This document shows positions 38,383 to 47,576 of a stretch of 64,000 bases of DNA, piece after piece. The position numbers and the translations under genes are program-made. Positions within the stretch are counted from its first letter, which is position 1, and each line of letters begins with the position of its first letter. The notes under the pieces are model-generated. The model searched no databases. It saw nothing but the letters and a program-made list of their open reading frames with translations, and was not told the origin of the DNA. The DNA is from an uncultured delta proteobacterium (lineage in GTDB: Bacteria; Myxococcota_A; Polyangia; Polyangiales; Polyangiaceae): positions 96,001-160,000 of the forward strand of contig CAWKKR010000002.1 in the NCBI GenBank assembly GCA_963850305.1. The letters run 5' to 3'.

Positions 38383-41300
38383 CCCACGCCGACGTCGCGG
38401 TTTTTGCATCCGATGCCGCGCTCCACGACGTTGCGGGCTTCGTGGCTGGCGTCTGCGAACCGGTATGCGTGGGGTCGCGAAGGCTGAAACCGCATGCAAT
38501 CCGCGTCGAACTCCGGCGATCTGGATTTCCGCACGGCGCCCACGTCGAGGGGCGGCGGAGTCCCTTCCTTGATGGGCACGTCGAACACACAGCCGTGTCC
38601 GGCGATCGGGCTGGTGCCGAGGGGACAGAGGCTTTCGCCGGCCGCCGCGCAGCGTTGACCGTTCCAGCTCTTGCCGGGCCGGCAATCGACCTCGAGCGCG
38701 CCAGCGAGGCACTCGCCGTTCGCGTCGCGTCCAAACGGACACGGTTCGCCGGGCAACGTCACCGCGCAACGGAATCCGAGATGCGCCCCCTCGTACGACG
38801 GCGGCGCGCGATTGCGGAGGCGCACGCGCATCCACTTGTCGAACCTCCGACTCCAGCTGCCGCCGCGATACACTTGGTCCACGATCTGTACCGGCGGCCA
38901 CGGATAATCGCCGTAACCCGTGCTCGTCCACTCCCAGACGTCTCCCGTCATGTCGAAAAGGCCGAAGGCACCCGCCGGATAAGTGCCGACGGGACACGCC
39001 GCGTGATTTTTCCAGCATGTGCGACCGTCCGGCGATTGGTCGCCCCAGGAATAGACGCGATCGTCCCCGCCGCTCGCCGCGTATTCCCACTCGGCCTCGG
39101 CGGGAAGACGCGCGCCGCGGTGGGAGCAGAATGTCGCCGCCTGTGTCGCGTTCAGGCAGTTGATGGGCAGGTCATCTTCGCCCGCCCCGGCGGTGCAGGT
39201 CACGAACCGCGAGTCGGCGGCAGTGCACGCCTTCTCGCTCACGCAAGCACGGTACGCACCAGCGGTAACCTCGGTGCGATCGAGACAGAATGCGGCGAGG
39301 CGCGTCCGATACCGCGGCCATTCGTCGTCGGCGCCGGCGCCACGTGGCGATCCGATCCACGTCTCCGCGCCGGGGATGCGCACGGTGCCCTCCGGGCATC
39401 CCACGGGCGTGCTCGGCGGCGAGGATGCGGCGGGCAGTGCGGGCTTCGCCGCGCTCGGGATCGGTCGACCCGTCGGTGGGAGTTCGCCGGTACAGCGCTG
39501 AAAGAACTCGGCCATCTCCGTGCGTTCCGGGGCGCGGATCCCGTCGGCCTTCGACCACGCGGCATATGCGGCCGTCAGCGTGGAGCGGTCGTCGAGCACG
39601 CATGCCGCAGTCATCCGGAGTTTCTGTGCCTCGCGGGACACCGAGGCAATGGGGATCTGCCGGGCGAGCGCCTTCGAGAGGCTGCTCGCGACGAGCGAAT
39701 AGCGCCCCTCCCCCAGATAAATTCGTGCAAGCAGGTAATCGGCGAGGCCGAGAGACGGTTCGCGCTCCGACCAGGCGCCGAGCTTCGCCGCGGCGAGCTC
39801 GACGTCTCGCCCGGTTCGCGGATCTCCGAGCACCTGCGCGACGATGGCGTCGCGTGCATTCCCTTCCGACGCGTACCGCTTGACGTCCAGCGCGCGCAGG
39901 CGATCCGTATCGACCACTGATGTGGCCACTTCGTCGAAGCGACGGCGCGCCGCCGCATCGTCACCGGACGCGAGCGCGAGATCCCCCAGTGACTCCACGG
40001 CGCGTGCCCGGGTCGCCTTGGCCAGCGACGGATCCGACGCGACGCGCTCGTAGAGCGCCCGAGCCTGATCGTCATTTCCATTTCGGAGCGCACACGTGGC
40101 CAGACCGAGGCGTGCGCCGACGTCGTGCGGGTCGAGCGCGAGGAGTTGTTCGTAGAGCCGGCGCGCCCGCTCCACGTCCGCTCGTGACAGTGCCACGAAC
40201 GCTTCGCCAGCGAGGCGATCGACGACGTGCGGGCAGCGTCGCCCGAAGATCGCCGGCTGGTCGAACCTGGCGCGTGCGACCCGCAGCACGTCCGCGCTCA
40301 CCTTCCGGGCGTCGAGGGACGCGAGCCACGCGCGCTCGAGCGTGGCCAGCGGTTTACCCGAGGCCGTCTGGAGCGAAGCCCCCGAATACCAGCGCCGCAC
40401 GACTTCGATCCCCTGCGCTCGCCGGAGCCAGTCGATGAACGCACCGGCGACGACGTACGCGCGCGATGAGGGCTCCCCGAAGAAGCCAAGGTCGAACACG
40501 CGCTCGAGCGGTGGCAGGAGCGAAAGGTCCTTCATCGCCTTCGCCCAATCGTCCAGCGAGAGCTCTTCGTCGTCGGGAGCTGCCGCGACGGCGAGCCCCT
40601 CGATGCGACCCGGATCCGGAATCAAGCCGTGAAATGCGCCCGCGATGTGAAACGGCCCCACGCCGAACGTCCCGGCGACGACGTGCGCGAGCTCGTGGCG
40701 CATCACCGGGTGCGGGAAGCCCGCGCGCTGGATGTAGATCTCGCGGCGCCACGGCTTGGCGATGTAGGTGCTCGCCGCGCCCATCAGGTACCCCTTCTGC
40801 TCCGGGCTCTCGAACAGGAACGCGACGACGTGGCTCGGGCCTCTTGCGTCGAAGAACCGATCGAGCTGGCGCAGATGTCCGTCGCACTCCCGCGCCAGCG
40901 CGCGTGCCTCGATGAGCGGCACTCCCGCCGGGTACACGAGCTCGCAGCGCCCGTCCGTAATCGCGTGCCCGAGCGCTGCCCGGATGGACGACGTCGTCTG
41001 AAAGTGTCCGAGAGACGGCCCGAGAGCGACGTGAACGGCGCTTGCCCCTGCAGAGGCGAGCGCGAGCAGACCGAGACCGCGACGAAAAGGAGTCCGGACG
41101 CGGAACGCTCCCGTCTCGGTGCGCTCGAATAGCGCAGCCGTCGCGAGTGCAGCAACGAGCGTCGCGAGCGTCCCCGCCCGGTACGTCACCAGACGGTCGA
41201 GTCCAGTGATCACCGAATCATAGAGGGTACCTGCGAAGAATCCGAAGAACGGATCGAACGCGAAGACCATCGGACTCGTGTAGAAGCGAGCGAAGCTGGC

Positions 41301-41756
41301 GGCGACGCAGGCGATCGGTCCAGCGAGCGCGCCGGCAACGGCGAGGGACCGATGGCGCCGTCGAACCCGCGACGCGACGAGTCCGACGAACGCGCCGTAA
41401 GCGCCGCCGAGGACGGCGCCCGCGCCCGGACCGAGCGCGAAATACTCGGACCCTTCGAGCGCGTCGCAAAACCCGATGCGCCAGCCGTGAAGGACCGTGA
41501 CGAGCAGGCCGACCGCGGCGAGCCACGCGCCCGTCGCACAGCCGCGGAAGAGGGCTTCCAGGGGTGCGGGCAGCGGTTCCCCGACGACGTCGAGCGCCGC
41601 CGCCACTGCGGCAAGGGACGGCAAGACGAGCCCCGCAGCGAGCGCGGCTTCGTACCCTGGACCGCCAAACAGAGGCAAGAACCCCGTCGCCGCCAGCCCT
41701 GCCGCGGCAAGGCCAGTCGTCACCCGCTGAGCCCGGCTTGCGGCCATCCTTCGCAT
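38358..41756 (-). CDS. Multi-TM protein with HExxH peptidase-like domain, TPRs and C-terminal FGE-sulfatase (SUMF1) domain
   Basis: About 6 TMs; RHELAH..IEGLA; TPR-like helices; FCLDRTEVT, RLPAEAEWEYAA, GLFDMTGDVWEW, RGGSW, GFRC. Confidence 0.8.
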   Translation of the reverse strand: MRRMAASRAQRVTTGLAAAGLAATGFLPLFGGPGYEAALAAGLVLPSLAAVAAALDVVGEPLPAPLEALFRGCATGAWLAAVGLLVTVLHGWRIGFCDALEGSEYFALGPGAGAVLGGAYGAFVGLVASRVRRRHRSLAVAGALAGPIACVAASFARFYTSPMVFAFDPFFGFFAGTLYDSVITGLDRLVTYRAGTLATLVAALATAALFERTETGAFRVRTPFRRGLGLLALASAGASAVHVALGPSLGHFQTTSSIRAALGHAITDGRCELVYPAGVPLIEARALARECDGHLRQLDRFFDARGPSHVVAFLFESPEQKGYLMGAASTYIAKPWRREIYIQRAGFPHPVMRHELAHVVAGTFGVGPFHIAGAFHGLIPDPGRIEGLAVAAAPDDEELSLDDWAKAMKDLSLLPPLERVFDLGFFGEPSSRAYVVAGAFIDWLRRAQGIEVVRRWYSGASLQTASGKPLATLERAWLASLDARKVSADVLRVARARFDQPAIFGRRCPHVVDRLAGEAFVALSRADVERARRLYEQLLALDPHDVGARLGLATCALRNGNDDQARALYERVASDPSLAKATRARAVESLGDLALASGDDAAARRRFDEVATSVVDTDRLRALDVKRYASEGNARDAIVAQVLGDPRTGRDVELAAAKLGAWSEREPSLGLADYLLARIYLGEGRYSLVASSLSKALARQIPIASVSREAQKLRMTAACVLDDRSTLTAAYAAWSKADGIRAPERTEMAEFFQRCTGELPPTGRPIPSAAKPALPAASSPPSTPVGCPEGTVRIPGAETWIGSPRGAGADDEWPRYRTRLAAFCLDRTEVTAGAYRACVSEKACTAADSRFVTCTAGAGEDDLPINCLNATQAATFCSHRGARLPAEAEWEYAASGGDDRVYSWGDQSPDGRTCWKNHAACPVGTYPAGAFGLFDMTGDVWEWTSTGYGDYPWPPVQIVDQVYRGGSWSRRFDKWMRVRLRNRAPPSYEGAHLGFRCAVTLPGEPCPFGRDANGECLAGALEVDCRPGKSWNGQRCAAAGESLCPLGTSPIAGHGCVFDVPIKEGTPPPLDVGAVRKSRSPEFDADCMRFQPSRPHAYRFADASHEARNVVERGIGCKNRDVGVGWNSACCP

Positions 41757-41931
41757 GGACCCGGAGACTTAGAACGTATCGCGTCGGTTCGGAACAGGCG
41801 CTTCGGCGGCGTCGCGGAAACGCTTGCCTCCGCCGCCCGTGGCCGACGATAGTGAGACTCGTCGCGGACAAAATGACGTGTCGCTCGGGTTCGAGAATGG
41901 ATGGCGCCAACGTTCGCGAACGGAGGTTCGA

Positions 41932-42846
41932 ATGGCTTTGAGAACGTATAACCTCGGGATCGCGGCCATCGGGGTGATCAGCGCAGCTGCCTCGATCAGC
42001 TGCGGTGCCAGGTCGGCGAATCAACCGGCGCCCGCCACGGCAAGCGCGCCGGCGCCCGGGAACCCCGCGGATGACGACATATCCGCGAGCGTCGTGGAGC
42101 ATCATCGGCACCATCACCACGGGGGCGTGACGCTCCTCATCGCGATGAGTCTCGACACCATTGGCGTTTCTCCGGACGAAAAAGCAGCGGTGGAAAAGAT
42201 TCAGAGCGACCTTCGAGCGGAGATGGCTCCGGCGCGTGTGGCGGAGGAGAATCTGGACTCGCTGCTGGCCGACGGTATCGCCGCTGGGAGCATCGACACC
42301 GCCAGGGTGGACGCGGCCATAGCGCAGCTGACGGCGGCAGCGGCGACGGTTCACGACGCGGCCACGGACGCCGTGAACCAGCTTCACGCGACGTTGACGC
42401 CGCCCGAGCGAGCGGCACTCATCGACAAGGTCAACGCGCATTGGGTCGTCTGGCAACGGGCGAACGCCGACGAGTCCGGGGCGAAAAAATCCGAGCAGGG
42501 GCACCTCTCGACGCTGGCAGGGGAGCTCGGCCTCACTCCGGATCAGGTGGAGAAGATTCGCGCGGCTCTCGCCACGCAAATGAGCGCGGTGCCGCACCTC
42601 GACGCTCGGGAGGTCGAAACGGATCTCCACGCATTCGGAGAAGCCTTCCGGGGCGACAAGTTCGATTCCAAGGCGCTCACGATGGCCGATAGCGTCAATC
42701 AGCACATGGCCGCCTGGGGCGCGACGCACATGGCGCACTTCCTCGAAGCCGTGAGCCCCGTTCTCACTCCCGACCAGCGTGCCGATCTCGCTGCGAGGTT
42801 GCGTGAACACTCGACGCACGGTCCGAGCGCGGGAGCCACGCCATGA
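41932..42846 (+). CDS. Spy/CpxP-like (LTxxQ) lipoprotein with His-rich patch
   Basis: Lipobox SISC; HHRHHHH; LTPPER, LTPDQVEKI, LTPDQRA. Confidence 0.8.
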   Translation: MALRTYNLGIAAIGVISAAASISCGARSANQPAPATASAPAPGNPADDDISASVVEHHRHHHHGGVTLLIAMSLDTIGVSPDEKAAVEKIQSDLRAEMAPARVAEENLDSLLADGIAAGSIDTARVDAAIAQLTAAAATVHDAATDAVNQLHATLTPPERAALIDKVNAHWVVWQRANADESGAKKSEQGHLSTLAGELGLTPDQVEKIRAALATQMSAVPHLDAREVETDLHAFGEAFRGDKFDSKALTMADSVNQHMAAWGATHMAHFLEAVSPVLTPDQRADLAARLREHSTHGPSAGATP

Positions 42847-42866
42847 TCCGGATCGGTGAGGTCAGA

Positions 42867-43202
42867 ATGGTCCGAACTCTCGTTTCCACGCTCGCTGTCG
42901 TTTCCGCGCTCGTCATCTCGGGTTGCACCGGAGAAGTCGACGTCACGGCAACGGTCCCCACGGTCACCTTCTACGATTTATTGCCCGAGGCCTTCATTGC
43001 AACAGCGGTTCCGGTCTATTTCGAGGGGCATGCGACGTACTGGTACGGCGGTCACTGGTACTACCGGGGTGCCGGCGGCAGATGGGCGCACTACGACCGC
43101 GAGCCTCCGGAGCTTCATCAGCGCCGCGTCGCGGCTCCGCCCGCCCGGCACGCGTACGAACCCGTGCGCGCCCGCCGAGTCGAACATGGTCGGCGTTGGT
43201 GA
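42867..43202 (+). CDS. Small lipoprotein, Tyr/Trp-rich
   Basis: Lipobox ISGC; PVYFEGHATYWYGGHWYYR. Confidence 0.65.
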   Translation: MVRTLVSTLAVVSALVISGCTGEVDVTATVPTVTFYDLLPEAFIATAVPVYFEGHATYWYGGHWYYRGAGGRWAHYDREPPELHQRRVAAPPARHAYEPVRARRVEHGRRW

Positions 43203-43310
43203 ATCGGCGCGCCGCTGACCCTGGTCCCCATGACCGAGGTCAGCGGTGTCCGGTAGGTCTTCGCCCCGCCTCACCCCAACGGGCAGGGCGGTCCCAGGCG
43301 ATCCTCGGGG

Positions 43311-44198
43311 TTAGCTGGCCTTGGCGGCTGCCTGAACGCCCTTCTCGGTCGATCGGATTGCTTCGTCGATGTCGTGGAGGGCGCGAGCACGCAGGTCCTT
43401 TGCAACTCCGTTCGTCTCCGCCTTCTCGATGTCACTTCGGGCGGCCTTGAGCGCGTCGAGCGCCTCATGCAGGCGACCCGCGCGCGGAGCGTGCTCGTCG
43501 ACCGGTGGATGGTCCTGCAGGTCCTTGCCGTCATCGATGGCGGCTTGCTTGATCGCCTGCATGGCATGATCGACGTCGGCGACGGCTTCGCGTTCGTCCC
43601 ACTTCATCTGGTGATCGCCACCCTTGCGTTCCAGGTTCGCCCTCGCGGTGCGGAGGTGCGACAGTGCTTGGAGGTACATGGGATGGGCCTCTCGAGGGGG
43701 CGGCGCTTCATGTCTCTCCTCCTCGTGCCGCGGCGGAGGCTCGGCGGGTCGCGCACCCTCCGGCTCCCACCCTCCTGCGACCCAGACATGGCCGCGCCCG
43801 CGCGGTTCCCAGTGCTGTTCCCTCCACCGTGCTTCGGGGCGGGGCTTGCGTTCGTAGCGTCCTTTCACCCAGACGTAGCGGCGGCCATCCCACCGGTGAA
43901 AGCCATGGACCCAAAAATACTCGGGGCCGGGTGAAGGCGGAACGGTCTCGGTTTGGGGAGCCGGAGCGGGCGGCGGTTCCTGTTCGACGACCACTTCGGC
44001 CGGCGCCGGTGCGGGGGCCGGCGCCGGTGCGGGGGCCGGCGCCGGCGCAGGTGTCGCTGCAACCGGGGGCGGAGGTGGCGGCGGTGCGGGTTGAGGCGCG
44101 GCGGCGGGCTGGATGGAGCCTTCTTCGTGAACCGTGCAGCCGAGCGCCAGCGAAGCGCCAATCAGGAAGCTCATGGTGAGAGCAGACGTCTTGTTCAT
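43311..44198 (-). CDS. WxxGxW (YXWGXW) repeat lipoprotein with Pro-Ala linker
   Basis: Lipobox ALGC; WVHGFHRW, WVKGRY, WVAGGW; (PA)n. Confidence 0.8.
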   Translation of the reverse strand: MNKTSALTMSFLIGASLALGCTVHEEGSIQPAAAPQPAPPPPPPPVAATPAPAPAPAPAPAPAPAPAEVVVEQEPPPAPAPQTETVPPSPGPEYFWVHGFHRWDGRRYVWVKGRYERKPRPEARWREQHWEPRGRGHVWVAGGWEPEGARPAEPPPRHEEERHEAPPPREAHPMYLQALSHLRTARANLERKGGDHQMKWDEREAVADVDHAMQAIKQAAIDDGKDLQDHPPVDEHAPRAGRLHEALDALKAARSDIEKAETNGVAKDLRARALHDIDEAIRSTEKGVQAAAKAS

Positions 44199-44361
44199 TG
44201 GTTTCTTGTCCTCGGGTGCGGGGCCACCGAGCCCCTCTGTACGGAAATCAAAGGCTGACCCTTCCTCGGGCGGCGCATGATCTCACGAAAGAGTGCAGGT
44301 GCGCCAGTCAGTCGGACGTTCCTCCGCTTGCTCGCCTCCAAGGGCTCCCCTCGCCGGGCCT

Positions 44362-46776
44362 TTACAGGCTCCCGTGCATCTCGCCGGAAGGCGGATCGCT
44401 CGGGCGCGACACCGTTCGCGGGCTTCGGTTAGGCGGTCGTTCGAGGATCCACTGTAGAACTTCGTCCGCATGGCTCACGTAGCGGAGCGCCAGTTCATCG
44501 CGCACTTCGGCCGGGACCTCATCGACATCGCGCTCGTTCTTGGCGGGGAGCACGATCTCGCGGAGGCCCGCGCGGTGCGCTGCAAGTACCTTGTCCTTCA
44601 CGTTCGAGACGGCCAGCACGTTCCCGCGCAAGGTCAGCTCGCCCATCGCCGCCACCTCCGCGCGCGTGGGGATCTCGAGAAGCAAGGACGCCACCGATGC
44701 GAACATCGGCACGCCGAGCCCTGCGCCGTCGCGCGCGGAGCCCGCGCGGGGCACGTGGAGATGCAGGTCCACGCTCTTCAACCACTCCGGGTCGAGCAAG
44801 AGGCGGTCCGAACGCGAGCGGACGTACGAGACCGCCGTGGTCGCCGACTCCTTCATGATCGGGCGCAGGCTTCCCGTGAAGTGAATCTTCCCTTTGCCGG
44901 GCATTCGCGTCGCCTCGATGAAGAGCAGCTCACCACCCGTGGAGCTCGCCCCGAGGCCGGTCGCCACGCCGGGTGACAGTTTTCGTTCGGCAATTTCCGG
45001 CCGGTAGCGCCGCGTGCCGAGGACGTTTCCGACGTATTCCCGTGTGGCCCGCTCCCCTTCGATGCTGGCGCCCTCCGCCAGCCGGACGGCGATGTTCCGG
45101 CAAACGGCGCCGATCTCGCGTTCGAGCCCGCGAACGCCCGCCTCGCGCGTGTAATGGTCGACGATCGTTTCGAGGCCGTCGCGATTGAAGGCGATCTGGT
45201 CCTCCGTGAGGCCGTGCTCCCGGAGTTGCTTCGGCACGAGGAACTGCTCCGCGATGGCGAGCTTCTCGCTGCGGGTGTAGCCCGGCACCTCGACCACTTC
45301 GAGCCGATCTTCGAGCGCTTCGGGAATTTCATCTCGATCATTCGCGGTTGCGATGAAGAGAACCTGGGACAGGTCGAATGGCAGATCGATGTAATGGTCG
45401 ACGAAAGTTCCATTTTGCTCGGGATCGAGGGCCTCGAGCAGGGCGGCTGCGGGATCGCCGCGCACGTCGGAGCCCATCTTGTCGACCTCGTCGAGGACGA
45501 GCACCGGATTTTTCGTGCCTACCTTGCGCAGGGCCTGAATGATTCGCCCCGGGAGCGCGCCCACGTAGGTACGGCGGTGGCCCCGAATTTCCGCCTCGTC
45601 GCGCACGCCGCCGAGGGAAATTCGACCGTAGCGACGACCCATGGCGCGCGCGATGCTCCGCCCGAGTGACGTCTTTCCGACGCCCGGAGGTCCGACGAAG
45701 AGGAGAATCGGCCCCCGCTTGTCGTTGCGGAGTTGCCGGATCGCCGAGAATTCCACGACCCGGCGCTTCACGCGCTCGAGTCCGTGGTGATCCTCGTCGA
45801 GGCAGCGCCGGACCTCGCGCACGTTGACGTGATCCGGCGTGCTACGGGCCCAGGGAAGCTCGGAGAGCCATTCGACGTAGTTCCGCGCGACGTTGTATTC
45901 GGCGGATTGCGCCTGCATGGACCTCAGACGCGAGAGCTGCCGGCGCGCGGCTTGCTCGGCTTCCGGCGGCAGCTCCGCCCGGGCGATCTTGTCCCGGAGC
46001 GCATCCACCTCGTCCTGATCGCCGGCCTCGCCGAGCTCGTCGAGGATCGTCCGCATCTGCTGCCGGAGCACATAGTCGTGCTGTGACCGCGTCATCTCCT
46101 CGCGGATCTGTGCGGCGATCCGATCTTTGGTGTGAAGGACGCCGAGCTGGCGCTCGACCACTTCGAGGACGAGCCGCGCGCGCTCCCGCGGATCTATGGC
46201 CTCGAGAACCCGCTGCCGATCTTCGATGCTCGCGTGTTCGTCGGGGAAGTTCGACGCGATCAGATCCGCGAGGGCTCCCGGCTCCTTCACGTTGTCCAGG
46301 ATGCCGGCGGTTTCCTTCGGCAGGTCCGGCAAGAGGCTCAGCATCTGCCGGGTCTGCTCACGCAGGGACTGCCCGAGCTCCGTCAGGGTGTCGTCCCCGA
46401 CTTTCAGGTCCCGGAGCCGCTCGACCTCGGCGCGCATGTAGGGCTCCAGCCCGACGGCCCGGCAGATTCGAAATCGGCTCAGGCCGTTCAAGACGACGCT
46501 GTAGTTGCCCGGACCGAGTCGGATGACTTTCACCACCCGAGCCAGCGTCCCGATCTCATGCAGATCGTCGAACGTTGGCTCGACGGTCTCCGGAGACTTC
46601 TGGGTCACCACGCCGACGAGGGCGCGCTCTTGTCCCACGAGCTCTTCGACGACCCGGACACTGCGCGGCCGACCGACGTTGATCGGCACGACCGACATCG
46701 GAAACAACACGGCATTCCGCAGCGGAAGAATCGTGACGAGATCGCGGGAATTCGTCGCTGAGGGCTCGGACCCCAT
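44362..46776 (-). CDS. lon: Lon (endopeptidase La) homolog lacking the catalytic Ser
   Basis: LPLRN N-domain, GPPGVGKTS, GHRRTYVGALPG, LDEVDK; protease motif reads RDGAGLG instead of KDGPSAG. Confidence 0.92.
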   Translation of the reverse strand: MGSEPSATNSRDLVTILPLRNAVLFPMSVVPINVGRPRSVRVVEELVGQERALVGVVTQKSPETVEPTFDDLHEIGTLARVVKVIRLGPGNYSVVLNGLSRFRICRAVGLEPYMRAEVERLRDLKVGDDTLTELGQSLREQTRQMLSLLPDLPKETAGILDNVKEPGALADLIASNFPDEHASIEDRQRVLEAIDPRERARLVLEVVERQLGVLHTKDRIAAQIREEMTRSQHDYVLRQQMRTILDELGEAGDQDEVDALRDKIARAELPPEAEQAARRQLSRLRSMQAQSAEYNVARNYVEWLSELPWARSTPDHVNVREVRRCLDEDHHGLERVKRRVVEFSAIRQLRNDKRGPILLFVGPPGVGKTSLGRSIARAMGRRYGRISLGGVRDEAEIRGHRRTYVGALPGRIIQALRKVGTKNPVLVLDEVDKMGSDVRGDPAAALLEALDPEQNGTFVDHYIDLPFDLSQVLFIATANDRDEIPEALEDRLEVVEVPGYTRSEKLAIAEQFLVPKQLREHGLTEDQIAFNRDGLETIVDHYTREAGVRGLEREIGAVCRNIAVRLAEGASIEGERATREYVGNVLGTRRYRPEIAERKLSPGVATGLGASSTGGELLFIEATRMPGKGKIHFTGSLRPIMKESATTAVSYVRSRSDRLLLDPEWLKSVDLHLHVPRAGSARDGAGLGVPMFASVASLLLEIPTRAEVAAMGELTLRGNVLAVSNVKDKVLAAHRAGLREIVLPAKNERDVDEVPAEVRDELALRYVSHADEVLQWILERPPNRSPRTVSRPSDPPSGEMHGSL

Positions 46777-46912
46777 TACCCGCAGGACAGTAGTACGACC
46801 CCGAGCCATGTCCAGAACCGCGACGCCACGTGTAGGGAGGGACTTCGGTCGGGACCCCGCCGTTCTCGGACTTGGGTCCCGCCGACCAGACGCGCTACGG
46901 TACGCGCCTCGC

Positions 46913-47576
46913 GTGACCCGACCCGGAGTCCTCCTCGTTTTTGCCGCGACGATGACCGCCTGCGGGCCGGGCCATTCGTCGGTCGATCCACGTGACGTGC
47001 TCGCCGAGTACGCGCGAGATCTGGAGCAGGGACGCGTCGAGGCCGCCTATGGGCTCCTCAGCGACGACGCCAGAAAGAGCATGCGTTTCGATGCTTTCTC
47101 GCGAATGGTGAAAGAGGATCCCGAAGAGACGAAGGCCCTCGCCAGTTCGCTCGTGCGACCGTCCGGGACGCCCGTCGTCACCGCGACGGTGACGACGCCG
47201 GACGGCACGACGCTGCTCCTTCATTACGAGGGGAACGCCTGGCGCGTCGATCGAATCCGCGATCGATCTTTACGGCCAAGAAACGCCGGAGTTCGCTCTG
47301 CGGTCGTTCGTCCGGGCGTTTCGGAACAAGCGCTACGATATCCTGCTTCGATTCGCGCCCGACGCCAAGCGCGAGGGACTGGATGCCGCGAAACTCAAAG
47401 CCGCCTTCGAGGGCGAGCAGCGCGAGGACGTCGAGCGACTGACGCAAGCCATCGAGGCCTCCCTGCCGACGGCGACCATCGAGCTTCTGGGCGATCGCGC
47501 GACGATGAGCTACGGCGCAGGTGGCACCGTGGAACTCGTGCGCGAGCACGGGATCTGGAAAGTCGAGGACTTCTGA
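46913..47576 (+). CDS. Hypothetical lipoprotein; +1 frameshift near 47254
   Basis: Lipobox MTAC; removing one A (GAATC to GATC) gives continuous ..WRVDRSAIDLYGQETP..WKVEDF*, with the stop overlapping the hisB ATG. Confidence 0.7.

Noticed and set aside
38740..38900. Diversity-generating retroelement variable region in the FGE/C-type-lectin domain
   Set aside because: No reverse transcriptase and no near-identical template repeat seen in the window
44000..44050. GC-rich short tandem repeat
   Set aside because: Simply encodes the Pro-Ala linker of the WxxGxW lipoprotein
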